Part shown: positions 63,456-64,000 of the stretch, piece by piece | Layout: each line of letters starts with the position of its first letter | Numbering within the stretch: position 1 is the first letter of the stretch | Sequence record: MZ475898.1 | Reading direction: 5' to 3' (one strand) | Length of the DNA stretch: 64,000 nucleotides | Program-made: the position numbers and the translations under genes | Notes under the pieces: generated by a model | The model's input: the letters and a program-made list of their open reading frames with translations, nothing else | What the model was told of the DNA's origin: nothing | Databases searched by the model: none

Positions 63456-64000
63456 TTAAGCTGAATCGCCGGCAGCAACAGGAAGCATCAGACGCATACC
63501 ACGGTTGTCTTTACCGTTAGCGTTCATACCCTGATACACGGTCTTATCAGCAGCTTTCAGCGGGTTCAGTTGCACCTGAGAGCCAGAAGACAGCACGTCG
63601 GCAGAGGTGTATCCCAGCATGTCCAGTGTAGCGAAGTACACGTAACGCTGAGTGTTGATCATCTGCGGGAACAGCACGATAGCGCGGTTACCTTCGGCAA
63701 TCATAACCTGTTGCATTGGGTTGATGATTGGACCGCAGTCAGCGCTCGCCTGCACAGCAGACACAGGAACGGTAGCAGCATAGATGCCGTTCTCGATAAC
63801 AACGTAGCGCTGAATCGATTCAGGCTTCAATGTATCGGGGTCGCCTGCCAGACCGCCGCCACATGAGAACACAGCGAACAACGGACTCTGGTCACCAGGC
63901 TTAGTGTCGCCTTCCTGAACGCCACGCTGAACAACGAACCACGAGAACGCAGTACCGGTGTTGTCGAAGCCTTCCGCATTCACATGCAGTGCTACGCCGT
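63456..64000 (-). CDS. Virion structural protein, partial (5' end beyond the window)
   Basis: Frame open to the edge; shares WFVVQR, PLFxxF, INPxQ, DxxGYxSADV and YxxxxAN...GMR with the 390-aa ORF. Confidence 0.7.
   Translation of the reverse strand, partial: GVALHVNAEGFDNTGTAFSWFVVQRGVQEGDTKPGDQSPLFAVFSCGGGLAGDPDTLKPESIQRYVVIENGIYAATVPVSAVQASADCGPIINPMQQVMIAEGNRAIVLFPQMINTQRYVYFATLDMLGYTSADVLSSGSQVQLNPLKAADKTVYQGMNANGKDNRGMRLMLPVAAGDSA

Noticed and set aside
1-64000. Stop-codon recoding, tRNA genes, integrase or transposase
   Set aside because: Conserved genes are full length in the standard code; no cloverleaf or mobile-element signature was seen

Overview
64 kb of a large dsDNA tailed-phage genome (jumbo myovirus), with almost every real gene on the minus strand. 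Read right to left (the transcription direction) it holds: paralogous virion proteins, a 1397-aa repeat-rich virion protein, an acidic 648-aa protein, NAD+-dependent DNA ligase, a GT2-TPR glycosyltransferase, the head module (prohead protease, zincin peptidase, acidic scaffold, decoration-like protein, major capsid protein), the contractile tail module (terminator-like protein, sheath, two tubes, hub chaperones, tape-measure with muramidase domain, tube initiator, LysM wedge, gp27-like hub, gp5-like spike), a small DNA/nucleotide-metabolism island (PC4-like, BRCT-like, Nudix, MmcB-like, dTMP kinase), PAAR and gp25/gp6/gp7-like baseplate genes, and a large fibre/whisker cluster with four collagen-like proteins. 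The overall layout resembles the 'hairy' enterobacterial jumbo myoviruses (Erwinia Y3/Yoloswag/Alexandra, Dickeya JA/AD1 type); this is an inference and no search was run. The most notable observations are: (1) a ~1 kb gene-free, hairpin-dense candidate large ncRNA between the PAAR gene and a 587-aa gene; (2) a complete-looking Hint/mini-intein at the C-terminus of a collagen fibre, with a 10-aa C-extein; (3) four collagen paralogs with a Cys in exactly the same register; (4) an exported periplasmic-binding-protein-like sensor, whose signal peptide is overprinted on the upstream gene, heading a membrane-protein cassette; (5) a recurrent S-x-S-A motif plus a shared ~70-aa domain that may mark protease-processed head cargo, including the ligase and Nudix enzyme; (6) a GCTAATTT candidate late promoter. 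All domain calls come from motif recognition by eye.
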